Notes: generated from the sequence alone by a model not told the origin. Counted from the stretch's first letter, positions 26,456 to 39,261 are shown. The stretch: 64,000 nucleotides of DNA from Lingula anatina (GCA_051362555.1 CM120645.1:15934001-15998000), one strand, 5' to 3'. A program made the numbers and translations.

Positions 26456-27119
26456 CTTATAACGTATAATATAACGCAATATAGAAGTATCCATCATTTG
26501 CAAAGACAAAGTAGGCAAAGAAGTGAAATGCCTCACGTACTGTTTCGTACACACTGTAAGATTACAGCCCTAAACACAAACCTATATAATATGTAAAAAA
26601 AAGAAAATATAACCCAATAAAGCTGGTATTCGAAGCTGACCTGCATTTTAATCCATAAATAAATAAAGTCAGTTTAATACACACGTAGTTAGTCACACGG
26701 TTTTCCTTAAATTACGTTAACTGTGAAAAGTGCACGATGACGCAGACGATTATAGACACAGGTGACGGCTAAATGTACATAATAGTACACATACATACTG
26801 TACACGAGAAACTGTAAAAAAGGTGATATCCTTGTCAATTTCCAGTCGTTATATGATAAATTGGAAACGACTTCTGCCTTTATCATTATTGTTGGACTAC
26901 GAATGTACAACTACAGGCATAGATTATAGTCCTCTTTTGACACACAGTGTGATACAATATGGCTTAAATGGCAATTATACCCCGCGTTGTATATAAATGT
27001 CCATCAAATGTACAGAATCACACAACCTGGAACAAAAGTGTTCATAAAAACAACGTCCACGACTGACTTCTCCCAATTATGTCCACCAAGTCCGAGGGCA
27101 TAATGCCCCTCTTACTTAC

Positions 27120-27302
27120 CCGAGCATAAAACTCCAATCCCAGGGGAAGCCCAGTAAAAAGTGTGCCACAGTAGCTTCGATGATCGCCTCAGCCAGGCAC
27201 GGGAGAAAGGCAAGCTTGAGGACCGAGGCGGAAGACTTACGCAGGGCCCTGGAATCCAAGCCCAGTGCTGCTTTCAACAGGATCACCGCTAGTGCAATAG
27301 AC
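27120..27302 (-). CDS. SLC9B2: SLC9B-like unit 2, exon 15
   Basis: SIALAVILLKAALGLD...PCLAEA...HFLLGFPWDWSFMLG; 183 nt. Confidence 0.92.
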
Positions 27303-27508
27303 CTGGAATACACATGGGTAAATACAGCACAAAAACAAAGCGGCCTAGGGAATTTCTTAGAGAGAGCCTTAACGAAAAAAAAAAAAAAAAAAACGGAATC
27401 TGCAACAACATAAGCTCGTGTTTCATTATCTAGTTCTTACACGATTATTTTTATTGATGGGACATTATGCTTTTGGATTCTTTAAGTAGCTGAAAGCAAA
27501 CTATTCAC

Positions 27509-27596
27509 CTGATTGCCACGGACCAGTGCCTGTCAATATCCCTAGCAAAGGAAATATATGGAATGTTCTTTAGTGCCACGCCCACCAACAGCATAC
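27509..27596 (-). CDS. SLC9B2: SLC9B-like unit 2, exon 14
   Basis: GMLLVGVALKNIPYISFARDIDRHWSVAIR; 88 nt. Confidence 0.9.
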
Positions 27597-27742
27597 CTGA
27601 AATAAATATGATGATGAGGAGACAGCGATTTCTCTTTCACTCATTACTGATCATTTCGAAGAGAAACAACATTGCTTTCACAGCAAGCTTATAACTCAAA
27701 AAGTGGATTCTGACGACATTTAACATCAAAAACAAATCTTAC

Positions 27743-28613
27743 CTAACAGCGAAGGAAGCCTGATCAATTCTGCCACGTTCCCACCAAGCTGAGCGCATAT
27801 CAACAATATAAGCAGCCCAAACAGGTTCCCACCAGGTAAGGCGTTATCCCCAGTGATAGCCCAAAGGACACCCCAAAGAAGCAGTACAGAAACAATAAGG
27901 GTCAAATACCGCCCGGTGTGCCCATGGGGTGGACACATGAGGGCATATTTCAACCTTTGACCTCTGGTGGGATTTGGTGGCAGCGGGTGGGCCTCGGTCA
28001 TGCAAGGTTCGCAACACTGGTAACAGCAATCTCGCAGCCTTGCACATTTCCGTTTATGTTCTACCTCGTCGTAAGAGCAAGAGAATGTCGACTGGCTGTT
28101 ACATAATTCGTTGTCTGTTGTGGCACTCTGTGATCCACCAGAGCCTTTCACGTCTTGATCAGCTATAAGGACTGGGGAGATTTGCACCCCGTCTTGGGTT
28201 TCAGAGGCTTTCACTTTGCCGTTGTTCTTGCCCTCTTTTTCTGCACCATTTTGCAGAGGAGCCTTTTCGTTGACAGTTTCCACTTTGGCGCTATTCCTCT
28301 CCACTGTCCGTGAGTCGTCGCCGTCTTTTTTAGTGCCTTGGGACGAGGGGGCACCTTGAGATTTTCCCCCTTGGGATTTACTTTCAGGTTCTGGCTCAGG
28401 AACCGGCTTCTGATTTCCAGTCTCTGGATCCTCCTTATCACCAGGATCTGGGTGGTGCTCCTCATCCTGGTGCTGATGGTGGTGGTGATGATGATGGTGA
28501 TGCGCATGCTCCTCGTGGTGGGTGTGGTCACCAGTGTGGTGCACGTGGTGGGGGTGGAGATGGGGGTGGTGGATGTCGTATTCGTGGATTGCTTCTTCTA
28601 GCAGGTGCTCCAC
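27743..28613 (-). CDS. SLC9B2: Exon 13: His-rich linker plus N-terminal part of SLC9B-like unit 2
   Basis: VEHLLEEAIHEYDIHHPHLH...HHHHHHHHH...CCEPCM...LMCPPHG...LPGGNLFG...LPSLL. Acceptor aattaag is weak; donor gtaag. Confidence 0.8.
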
Positions 28614-28824
28614 CTTAATTGTACATAACCCTAATGTCAAAGCTTTTAAAGTATTCACACACTGGCAGTGAAAATTGTAAATCGCCTAATTTTGCTTTAC
28701 CATTTGGACAACTGCTGGCCATTATATACTTTTTAAAATGCTTCAGCTTACTGCGTAAAAACAGAGAAATGATTAAATTGATCTTACTTAGAATGAAACT
28801 TTTTTGTCTGTGCTTTAGAGTCAC

Positions 28825-28952
28825 CTTTTCTAGCTCCTCCTCTTCCTCTTCTTCGTCACTTTCAACCTCGGATTCTGGTGTTTCTTCCTCCTCCTCCTCC
28901 TCCTCTTCCTCCTCGTTTTCTTTTTCTTCTGCCTTGTCTTCAGGTTCAGTTT
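28825..28952 (-). CDS. Exon 12: acidic (poly-Glu) linker exon
   Basis: KTEPEDKAEEKENEEEEEEEEEEETPESEVESDEEEEEEELEK; ttctatag acceptor (phase 1) and gtgact donor (phase 0) bridge exons 11 and 13 in frame. Confidence 0.75.
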
Positions 28953-29100
28953 CTATAGAATAAATCATGTAGAGAATGTTAATTAGTTGTATATTCTATG
29001 ATTCCATCACGTGAAATAAAAAAAAATCATTTTCACAAAATTATCGTCACAAATAATATTTACATTCCTAGCCTAGTGCAAATCAAGTAGAAAAACCCAC

Positions 29101-29233
29101 TTTCTTTTTTGGTGTCCTCCTCCTCCTCTCCTTCCTTCGGGCTCTGATGTAACAGCCTAGGAGCCGTCAAGGCGATCAGAGCGGCACCTATCGGGGCAGT
29201 TACCAGTATGGCAAGAACAGCCAGGGTCAGAAT
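29101..29233 (-). CDS. SLC9B2: SLC9B-like unit 1, exon 11
   Basis: ILTLAVLAILVTAPIGAALIALTAPRLLHQSPKEGEEEEDTKKE; no stop before donor gtgggt. Confidence 0.85.
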
Positions 29234-29513
29234 CTAGCATAAAAAACAAATGTTCATGATTAACTAATATAAAAAAAGAATTTAAAACAAAACAATAGAA
29301 ACGCATAGACCTAAAATGATACAAATTAACATGCATGACCATTTAAAAAATTTTAAATTACAAAATTTTAATGGTGTCTTCTAAAATTACTTAAAATTAC
29401 ATTTGTATATTATAATTAATATCTGTGAATGACATTTGTTTTGAAATATTCCGCTTAATAAATGACCCGGCTTCAATCATGGTATAAAGATGGTAAATAT
29501 TATCAAGCTGTAC

Positions 29514-29591
29514 CGTGTTTCCCATCGCCTCTTCCTCTTCACTCGCGTTATTCCGTCTTGCTGTGTCTAAAGCCACAGATCCTATAGCGGC
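29514..29591 (-). CDS. SLC9B2: SLC9B-like unit 1, exon 10
   Basis: AAIGSVALDTARRNNASEEEEAMGNT; 78 nt, ccag / gtacag. Confidence 0.88.
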
Positions 29592-29968
29592 CTGGTAAAT
29601 TCAACATATATATGACAGAAAGTATACAAACATTAGCAATCTGTGTTAGTGAACTGGCAGAAATACCTCTTGACTTCAATATGTCGCCTTCTGACGGCTA
29701 CGGTTCACTTCAGAAAGTGGACAACCTTCAGCACTACGCCGACACACAGGTTGGGAATAATAGTTAAAATTAAAGCAGTCATTAATGGAATGGGCAAATA
29801 CTGAAAATTGCTAGACAGATCTAAATCTATCAAGATGGTAACTGTTGCTTTTAATACAATGTAGGACAAGCTCAGTTGCCTCCTAATAGAATGCGTTCAA
29901 ATTTCAAACGATATTAAATATTTTCTATTAAGTAAACGGAATGGAAATTTAATCAGTCGTGTTTTTAC

Positions 29969-30105
29969 CTGAACCGTTGCTTTGGGCAGCCAGGCTATTG
30001 GTACGAAGAGCCTCTCCTTGAAGTTAAAGTCCGTCCTGACTACGGCTAGTACACAGCCTACAAACCGTACGGCAAGACCGATACCGAGGACGCCCATGCC
30101 GATGC
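29969..30105 (-). CDS. SLC9B2: SLC9B-like unit 1, exon 9
   Basis: GIGMGVLGIGLAVRF...KERLFVPIAWLPKATVQ; 137 nt. Confidence 0.92.
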
Positions 30106-30540
30106 CTGGAAGAAAAAAAGGAAACGTTGGTGCGATCAGAGATAGACAGTTGTCGGGGGCGCGCATGGTTAGAACTTCATCTCAAATGCGTCCATTAAGA
30201 TTCCAGCAAGAAAAAGTAGAAGAAGTAGAAAACGCATAGCAGCTCTAAGGCTTATTTTGCGTGATACTGTGATCATTCTTTTGGACCTATAGTGAGAGTG
30301 GGCGTGCCCCGGTGTGACAAAACTGAGGGTCCCCATAATAGAGAGTAGACTTCCCATTCATTTGTACAGGTGAGCCTCGCCCTAGATTTTGACCCACTTA
30401 GGTCAGGCTAACCCATACCATTTTAAGTAAACCATTATAAGAGGGAGGACTTTCGGACTCAGTTTCGTTGCACCGGTATGGAAGACAAACTATTTAAATT
30501 TTAAAACCTGAAAATATATTTTCATTTTTGTTTACGACTG

Positions 30541-30542
<2 letters not shown>

Positions 30543-30581
<39 letters not shown>
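30543..30581. repeat. (TAA)n microsatellite
   Basis: Perfect trinucleotide run. Confidence 0.9.
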
Positions 30582-30582
<1 letters not shown>

Positions 30583-31101
30583 TTAAATGGAGTATGTTTT
30601 TTTTTCTTTCCTCTGTTTGCGAACTGGTATAAAATGAATTCGAGTTGAAGATAAAAGATTCAAATAACAACATGACACAATAATGGAACTCGTGTGATAT
30701 TGTACCACACTGTTCACCAGCCACGATTGTACATATATCATGTTGGCCGTCCCGTGGAGATAAGGCAGCCCTGTGTAACGAGTACCGACTCATACTTTTA
30801 CATTTTATGTGGTGTTTGTCCTAGTAGGAGATGTAACTATGAAAAATGGTGCCGAAGACAAGCAATGACATTTCACGCTAGTCAGTGAACATAACTTCAT
30901 AACTTCAGGTTAAATAAAACATTTAAACCCTTACTCAGAATACACCATTGTCCACAGGCATACACTGTATTATAACACATGGTTCTGGAGTCGAGGAGGT
31001 TTGCCCCAATTTTATCAATTACGTCAGTCATTAGTGTAGAAGCGGGTTAATACTATTTTTCTTTTTTTTTCTTTTTTTTTTTTGAACGGAGCATTTCTTA
31101 C

Positions 31102-31210
31102 CGACTGTTCCGCCATTGAGTTTGGTAATGTCTATCTCAGCTCCAATCAAACCAAATAACAGAGGTTGAAAGATAAGCCACATTTTACCAATACTCTTTG
31201 CCACGGGATT
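31102..31210 (-). CDS. SLC9B2: SLC9B-like unit 1, exon 8
   Basis: NPVAKSIGKMWLIFQPLLFGLIGAEIDITKLNGGTV; 109 nt. Confidence 0.9.
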
Positions 31211-31446
31211 CTGATTAAAATAAATAAATGTAAGTGCATTTATACTTTACTTTATACATACTTTTTACATCAGACTGAGCAGGTTTATATGCATTGTAAA
31301 AGGAAGCAGCTCAAATTAACGTTGATGTTTATAAAACGATAAGCATTAAACATGATGCTTGTAAGTATAATATTTCACTTGAAACCAGGTATAATCTAAC
31401 ATTCATATTGAACTCATTTAACTACGGAAAAAAAGCAGTAACGTAC

Positions 31447-31608
31447 GCTTGATGTCCATCCCTGTCTCCGCCATCCCAGGGACGCCACGAATGCCATGGT
31501 CAGGCACCCCAGGGCCCCAGCCCCAGGGAATTTGGCCGCACCGCTACCAAACAGAGCAAACAGCCCACCACTTGTTACCAAAAACGTCCTGAACGACACC
31601 TGCTTCCT
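31447..31608 (-). CDS. SLC9B2: SLC9B-like unit 1, exon 7
   Basis: RKQVSFRTFLVTSGGLFALFGSGAAKFPGAGALGCLTMAFVASLGWRRQGWTSS; 162 nt. Confidence 0.9.
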
Positions 31609-32039
31609 CTGTAACAATTGAAATGATTTGATATGTAATATAATATCTAGCTACCCTGAGTTTCGTTCGGTATTTTCTGCTTATATCTAGTTACCCTGAG
31701 TTTCGTTGGATTTTTTTCCCTATCAGAATGAAACCAACTGGAAACGGAGTCTCAGGCATGCTGTTAGTTGGGAGGTCAGTTAGCAGTCTTCTGCCCTGAA
31801 AATCAGGGTGCATCTGGCAAATTTTGAGTGAATTCTGCACAGGGTCTCCGAAAACAAGGCATCTTTGCGATTTAAAAGCACACATTGGCCGACAAATGTT
31901 CCTATTAGTATGAGAATGTATGAGAATATAGACGAACATTGGTTCACATAAACAAATTAATAAAATAAGTCATAAACACTCGGAGTTGTGATGATTAATC
32001 CTCATGCTTTCTGGAAGCGAAGCGAACTGGGAGAGAAGG

Positions 32040-32083
<44 letters not shown>

Positions 32084-32561
32084 GGGGGATGGAGGGGCAG
32101 GGAAAGAGAAAGACAGTTCTAATTTTTTGTTTTAATCTGAAAATTCTACAAGCATCAGTAGAGGGGTGATATTTTAAAATCTCAACGAGCACTTCCTTTC
32201 GATGTCTGGCTCGTACCTGTTAACGTCTGCACTTATCCAAACATCAATTCCTTTTAAGTCAGTGAGTATTTTAATAGATTAAAGTTAAACTGAAATTTAG
32301 GGGGAAATAAAAATAAAATGCTTAAACCTTTTCATTTTTTTCTTTCTTTTGATATACCCATTAAATGAAACAAAATACTAGCAATTCTTACACCTAACCT
32401 ATACCAACGAAGGCACGTCACAAAAACACAGCTAATAGTGATACTACATACACAATACGCTTTAATGGAAAAAGTCGATAAATGCAATTTTGCGGTCAGT
32501 CATTGTGTTCAGCAGAATGCCAGCGAATGCCTCCTATATTTAGCCGCCTTCGTGACAACAA

Positions 32562-32634
32562 GACCCGGTGGCCTAATGGATAAGGCGTCTGACTTCGAAT
32601 CAGAAGATTGCGAGTTCGAGTCTCGTCCGGGTCG
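32562..32634 (+). tRNA. tRNA-Arg(TCG)
   Basis: GACCCGG acceptor stem pairs with CCGGGTC; D-loop TGGCCTAATGG; anticodon loop CT-TCG-AA; T-loop GTTCGAGT; downstream TTTTT. Antisense inside an SLC9B intron. Confidence 0.95.
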
Positions 32635-33148
32635 TGTTCTCCTTTTTAATTTATTAATAAAAAGCAAATAGATGTAAAAGCTGGCAATTACTGTAATGAA
32701 ATTACGAAATTAATGAAATCCCTTAGGATATCCATAGGAACACTGAGATATCCAAAGCAAAACTTACCTTGATATTTCGCTCTCAGTTCAAATATCGTCG
32801 ACACCGAGTCGTTCGGATTTTTTTAAATAATATTTTTCATAATATCACCTTGCATATATTTCTAAGTCTGTTCGCTGTATGGGAGAATATAGAAGGGTGG
32901 TAAGAAGAGTCTGCTGTCATTTAAAGAAGAAAAATGACACATAATACCACATAGGCTACTAGTTGACAGTATAGTCTCTTTTACAAACCATAAAAACGTC
33001 TCCCCTTAGAAGTCGGGATAAGTTGCCGATACAAATAATATGGCCATGAATCAGGACAGTGTTGTGCTGGGCCTAATTTCCAACCAATATACCCAATTTT
33101 TTATTCGTTCCGTATACATATGTAAGTTGAAAATATATTGTGTGTGTG

Positions 33149-33184
<36 letters not shown>

Positions 33185-33577
33185 GTGATACCTACGATGC
33201 ATGGACGCCTGTGGTGACGCCTGTCTGTGGTGTGTGTGTGAGGGGGGGGCAACATCTGCAGGCCTTACAATGAACAGTAATGGTTCAGTAATTAATTACG
33301 ATTTTCTCCATCCTTGCCCTCAGTCCTAAGACCCCCTCAGAAAAAAGGGACGGTTTACCCTTTAAGGCTAGATAAATATTCTGTTAGCAGCGGTAAAAGT
33401 TTTATTCAAAGCAGTAGGCCTATTCAAAGCGAGGTGTGAATGACGTCATGTAACAAACTATTATATGAGTAAAGCTTTGACGTCATAATGAGCAGAACAA
33501 TGCCCTTTGGGGCTATTACCGATCAAGCCTTACAAACCAAAAATCACCCTGCAAACTTGATTACAATTTGGACCCAC

Positions 33578-36500
33578 CTTGGACCTAAATAGAGAAGGAC
33601 AAGAAACGCGGCATCTTCCTTTGAAGCTATGTGCGTTCGGGTAAACATTCGCCTATTGTCTCACATAATCTGTTTTGATAGCTCCACGGGCGTCTGAACA
33701 GCTTATTATCAAGGTAGCGTTTCTCTGCATTGATAACGCAATTTCTCGCAGTCCCTCGTGGTTGCTATGATACAGCATTGCCGCCATCTTGCAGTTGCGA
33801 GCACACAGGTTTCCGTCAACACGTGGAAATTTATTGAGGGGTTTTCGGCATTTTTCCCCGTTACCTCATAAAAACGGGGTGTGAAGTTTGTCTTCAATAC
33901 CTGCTGCCTTTCCCTGTCCGTGAGGTAGTCTCTGACAGGACAGGAATACGCACCCAACGACCGGAAATCTCATTCCTACATGTACCAGTAGCTGTGACAC
34001 CCCGGAAGATCAATCGAATTTTCACAAGAACTGACTGCTGGTGAATCAGACAAATTAAAAATGGACCTTTTTAGCATGTTTGTGAAATTATATATTACCA
34101 TTAGGGGCCACTCATTTCGCAGACAGCTTAAAGAAAAGTACCAAGAATTTGTGTCTGCATCTACGAAAGAAAAAGGATTGAGAAAGTCTCTCAAAAGGAA
34201 GAGTAGAATTACAGCTTGAATTATTACCTAGATTTTCAACAAACAGACAGTATGATCTTGTGCATTTATAACATTTGGGTTTTTTCACTTAGCAATTAAG
34301 ATCTTAATTGGAAATTTCATCTAGGTTTACATTAATTTTAATTAGTTATTTAAGAGTCAGATTTGTCGTATTAGTTTGGTAGAAAATAATACGACAAAAC
34401 CAAAATATGGCTTTCTGTTTTCAGTAACTGAAAAGCAGTCGTAATTCAAGAACTTATTATAAGTATTTATAATATTTGTTTTTTTCATTCAGCAACTATC
34501 TTTCATTTATATTTCGCTTTATTTTTCATTAAAAGTTACCCGTTTACAATATGAGATTAATTTCACCAATACTGATCTTATGGTAATAAAAAATGCATAT
34601 ATTTGATATAAAAAATCTTCTTTTTATTTCTTTTCACTTCCTTTTTTTTTTACACAACTTTAAATAATAAAAGATTTGACAAATCACTGCAAGAGGGTCA
34701 ATGTCAAATGTGAGTATGAATTTTATCAGGATCAGATTTTTTAAACCTGTAGTTAGTGTATTCTGAGGTAATTGAATATGCAATTTCAATCAAGCAAGAA
34801 AAAACTGTCTAAACATGTAATCCATGTTTTTTACATTTGATTTTTTTTTCATTATAAGATAGGAAATATAAAACAACTTGAGTACATTTCAATATTTATT
34901 CTTATAAAAGTAAACATTAAAATTTTAAAATGCTTGTTACAAAGCTAGTGATGATGAATATACAATACATGTGCAGTTTTCTTGTCTTGTCTCTTTTTGT
35001 GAAAGTCATGTTGGAGTTCTTTCCGATTTGTATCCAAGTAGTATTAACTTATTTATAAAAGGTATAAACTAATTTCTCATTGACCTATGTGAATTACTGT
35101 CCAAATGTTTAATTAGTGAGTCTCCTCTTGGGCAATGGTGCATTGTCCAATTTTAACTTTCCGGCATCTTGTGGAGAGAATCTGGAAGAGAATAAGAATG
35201 TTTTTATCACAAACTACTATAAATGACAATTGCCTTTTTTACTTCTACTTGGACATTTGAGCCACAGGTAAGCCTTATCAAATGCATCTCAAGATTCTAC
35301 CTGTCAGGTAGATTTTCCCTCTAGTTAAATTTACTTCCCTTGTTAGGCATGGACTTTCTAGATCATTATCAGCCAGGTAACTAAGCCGTCTGGCCCTTTG
35401 ATGATTTGATAAAGCCAGCTAGGTGCTATCCAAAGGCATGTCTCAGGATTATTTCAAAGATTTCAAGCACCTGATAACAAGATAATGCAATGTAGCAAGG
35501 CAATTACAGAGGTGAGACTCTTATCACAAATGTGATCAAGATCTACTTTTATGACCATTACCCGAGTAAATATAATCATGAACTTTGCATGTGTACATGT
35601 CCACATATACACTTTCACTATAAGACCAATGAGGGTGTTTGTCAATCGTCTTTATTCTGTTTAGGGAATCCAATTTAAAAATGAAAAACTAATAATTATT
35701 ATTCTTAAACTGGAGCAGACTTTAGCCGGTCATGTGAATATACATATATACTTCAGAGTAGAGTTAATGTCAACTTTGATAAAAGGATATTAAAAGGCCC
35801 ACAGGTGCGTTTTTTGTGTGTCACAATTGCATGGGTGGTGCCATATTGCAATGATAGCCCATATTAAGAGTTAAAAAAATAATAATTATCATTCTCAGAC
35901 TGGAGCTGACTGTAGCCGGTAATGTGTAAATATATATATACTTTAAAGCAGTGTTAATGTCAACTTTGATAAAAGGATATTTAAAGAATCACAGTTGCGT
36001 TTTTGTGTGTAACAATTGCATGTGTGGTGTCATATTGCTATGATAGCCCATATTGAGAGTCAAAAAAATAATAATTATCATTTTCAGACCAGAGCTGACT
36101 GTAGCTGGTAATGTGTAAATATATATATACTTTAGAGCAGTGTTAATGTCAACTTTGATAAAAGGATATTAAAAGGATCACAGGTGCGTTTTTGTGTGTC
36201 ATAATTGCATGTGTTGTGCCATATTGCAATGATAGCCCATATTGAGAGTTATAAAAATAATAATTATCATTCTCAGACCGGAGCTGACTGTAGCCGGTAA
36301 TGTGTAAATATATATATACTTCAGAGCAGTGTTAATGTCAACTTTGATAAAAGGATATTAAAAGGATCACAGGTGCGTTTTTGTGTGTCACAATTGCATG
36401 TGTGGTGCCATGTTGCAACGAGAGCCCATATTAAGAGTTAAAATATTAATTATCATTCCATAATTCGGGCTCACTTAAGCAAGTAACATAAACCTATACA

Positions 36501-37105
36501 TATAGTACACAGCGGTGTTGATGCCACCTTTATCTAAACCGTACGTAAAAAATACCAGACCTAAAACGATGTCGGCGAGTCGAATAAATCGGAGAGGAAT
36601 TGCGTCATTTCAATTCAAAACACGATTTGAGGTCAAATTATTGCCGCATCTATGGCTAATTCTTTACATAGAGGTAAAATTTCGAGACTAGAAATATTTT
36701 TCTATCGGATCATAGCTAAAGACAAGTATTCGACACCGCAGTTGTACAATTTTAAACACTCATTTTACGGCAACAAACACGATTGCCTTCACCATATTGG
36801 GCATTTTGAATTCCTCCATGAACAAACATACCTTATTCTCATCTAGCATCCAAAATAGCAAAAGAAATTGTACTTACATTTTATCTCTATAAGTGTCTTG
36901 ACTCATCCACCCGAACGTTTTCCTCGCGTTATCACCAGCTACCTGTCCAAATGACACAAAAATTCATCAACAGCCGCGATATGCTCGCTACCTGTACGGG
37001 AGGTCACGTGATCCGAACGCACATCGTTTCGCGAAGAGCTCGCGCTAAGCCGATTATCCTTTGATCTTTCTCCGCGTTACTTGTCCTTCTCTAGTTAGGT
37101 CCAAG
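33578..37105. mobile_element. ~3.5-kb non-autonomous DNA transposon, P-element-like
   Basis: 34-bp TIR CTTGGACCTAA(A/C)TAGAGAAGGACAAG(A/T)AACGCGG; GACCCAC duplicated on the flanks (7 bp; a 5-bp reading is also possible); internal coding remnant at ~34022-34219. Confidence 0.8.
35690..36456. repeat. Minisatellite, 4 copies of a ~189-bp unit, inside the transposon
   Basis: Recurring TAATAATTATCATTCTCAGAC..GAGCTGACTGTAGCCGGTAATGTG...GTTAATGTCAACTTTGATAAAAGGATATT. Confidence 0.92.
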
Positions 37106-37316
37106 GACCCACTAAACAAAGGGATAAACACTTGTTTTGTGGGTCCTAGCATACAATCAGCACTGCTTCCATTATTTCGACAAAAATAATATGAACGTTG
37201 CTTGAAATGTATGGTATTTGATACCCTCTGCTATCGGGGGGTTCTAAAACAGTACACAGAATTTAACATGCTACTAGCGCACCCTATTGTCTGAGAGGAA
37301 GAATCAAAGTACTCAC

Positions 37317-37423
37317 GTGTTTGATATGGGGCAGATACCAACACATGAGTCCGCCGATCACGCCATATATCACTCCCGTCAGCGCCTCCAGCGGACCACG
37401 GATGATAGAGAACGCTAAATCAC
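37317..37423 (-). CDS. SLC9B2: SLC9B-like unit 1, exon 6
   Basis: GDLAFSIIRGPLEALTGVIYGVIGGLMCWYLPHIKH; 107 nt. Confidence 0.9.
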
Positions 37424-37731
37424 CTAGAGAGAAATATCTTCTTTTAAACAAATTATTCGATTCTTATACTTGAATAAAAAGCAGCCTGCAAATGACATTT
37501 CTTATTCTACAATGTGTGTATGACATATCTTTATATTTAGGAACAAACCCTTTAATGCTGCCGTTTTAAATTCCTTATGTGATAATGTTGTAATAATTCT
37601 AAGCTGTATTAGTTTCAAGCTCTAAAAAAAAAAAATAAATAAACAAAATAAAATAAAAACGACTGACTTTTACATTCATTTGTGTTATTTGTGATTAGGG
37701 AGATATTTCATTCCAGTATTCCAGTGATTAC

Positions 37732-37907
37732 CTTTTGAAAAGGCAATTCCCAAAACCACCCCAAAAGCGCTTATGGCCACCACGTTTTCCACGCTCCCCG
37801 AAGCCACGGCAGCAGTGGGGATGCCTTTATCTACACCAAGGCCTTGCTCCTGCAGGTGCAACATGGAGGGAACGACGACTGCCGGGGACACAGCCGACAT
37901 TACAAAG
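37732..37907 (-). CDS. SLC9B2: SLC9B-like unit 1, exon 5
   Basis: FVMSAVSPAVVVPSMLHLQEQGLGVDKGIPTAAVASGSVENVVAISAFG...; 176 nt. Confidence 0.92.
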
Positions 37908-39258
37908 CTAGATAAAAGATTAGGAGCTTAAAATATAAAGATATTTATATCTTTTAAAACAAATAAAACTAAATATATAAAAATAAATTATGAACTGCAG
38001 AAATGGAATTATACAACGTTTGTCCTCACGATCTCGTAGCAGTTTAATTAGCGACATTGAAACATTGAAAATGAAGTAAATCGTTATTGTTATTTTGATG
38101 ACATTTTAATTAACTTTTCATAGCAAAAAAACACCCTTTCTCTACATTATATTTTTTTCTGAAACACCCACTATTAATGTGTGATCAGTGGCAAAAAGAC
38201 AAAGACAAATGTTATGACAAATATTAAAGTAACAAAATAAATATCTCACATTCTCCATGTAAATTTTCGATACCAACACTTCAGACATATAAAACAAATT
38301 TTAAGACTTGTAACCACTGAATGACGTAAAGCTTCTATGAATAAAATATAAATCAATGACAGGCAAAGTTTTGTTATTCTGAGAGATGGTCTTTAATTTC
38401 CGCTGAGATCTTAAAGATGCATACAAAGTCAATTTTTTGTCACAAAAACCAACCAAATGCCAGCATATAGTTTCAAGTAGTATAACTAAGAGAATTGCCA
38501 AAAGGCATTGTTTAATTTTACCCGAAAATGATGTTTGAACGGATTTTTCTGCTGGCATTCTAAGCTGAATGTCAATGGGGCAGGAAAGTAGGTCACGAAA
38601 GTAGGTTAAATTTACAACCAAAAATTTAAAGAAAGAAGCAGTCTAAAGGTCTTTTATGGCTGATCGAGTGATCTTAGTTTATCCCTTGGCATGTCGAATT
38701 TATTTGAGTGATATAAGAATCTAGTAGAAGTGGTTTACATGTGTTACTGGGAATCCACGCTCCACCGATGCCCGGTTCGTATGTACCTTTAAAAGTTAAA
38801 CAACAATCTATTTAACGTGTTCGAAAGCAAACTTTTTAATTTATTATATGAAAAAATCATTTTAATGATTCTTCAAAGATGAAACTGCCGCCGAGCATTA
38901 CCGGAAAAGAATCGAAAGCATGTTTATAATCTGCTTTATGGAGTATTTCGTAACCCATGCCTTCAAGGAGGAGGCATTGCGTGTGAAAAAATTTAAAGTG
39001 GTAGTGAGGAGAATAAATCAGTACATTGTTAAAAAACAATCCTTTTACTATAATTAATCGATAACTTCAAACATTTGTACAGCGACAACAGTATACCCTG
39101 AATGCTGAAGACACGAGGGGAATAAAAATCAGTGGGCTAAAGATGATGACAAGGTATTCGTAAGAAGCTTTTTTGGAGGTTTAAAAGGTGAAAGACCTTA
39201 AGTAAATACAAAAAAAGTTCTTGCAGTTCCAAATATGTTTCTCTTTGTCGTACCTGCA

Positions 39259-39261
<3 letters not shown>

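Noticed and set aside
35690-36456. CRISPR-like array (also considered for 40013-40215 and 63300-63840)
   Set aside because: The whole units repeat, with no unique spacers and no cas genes, in a eukaryotic context. These are minisatellites.
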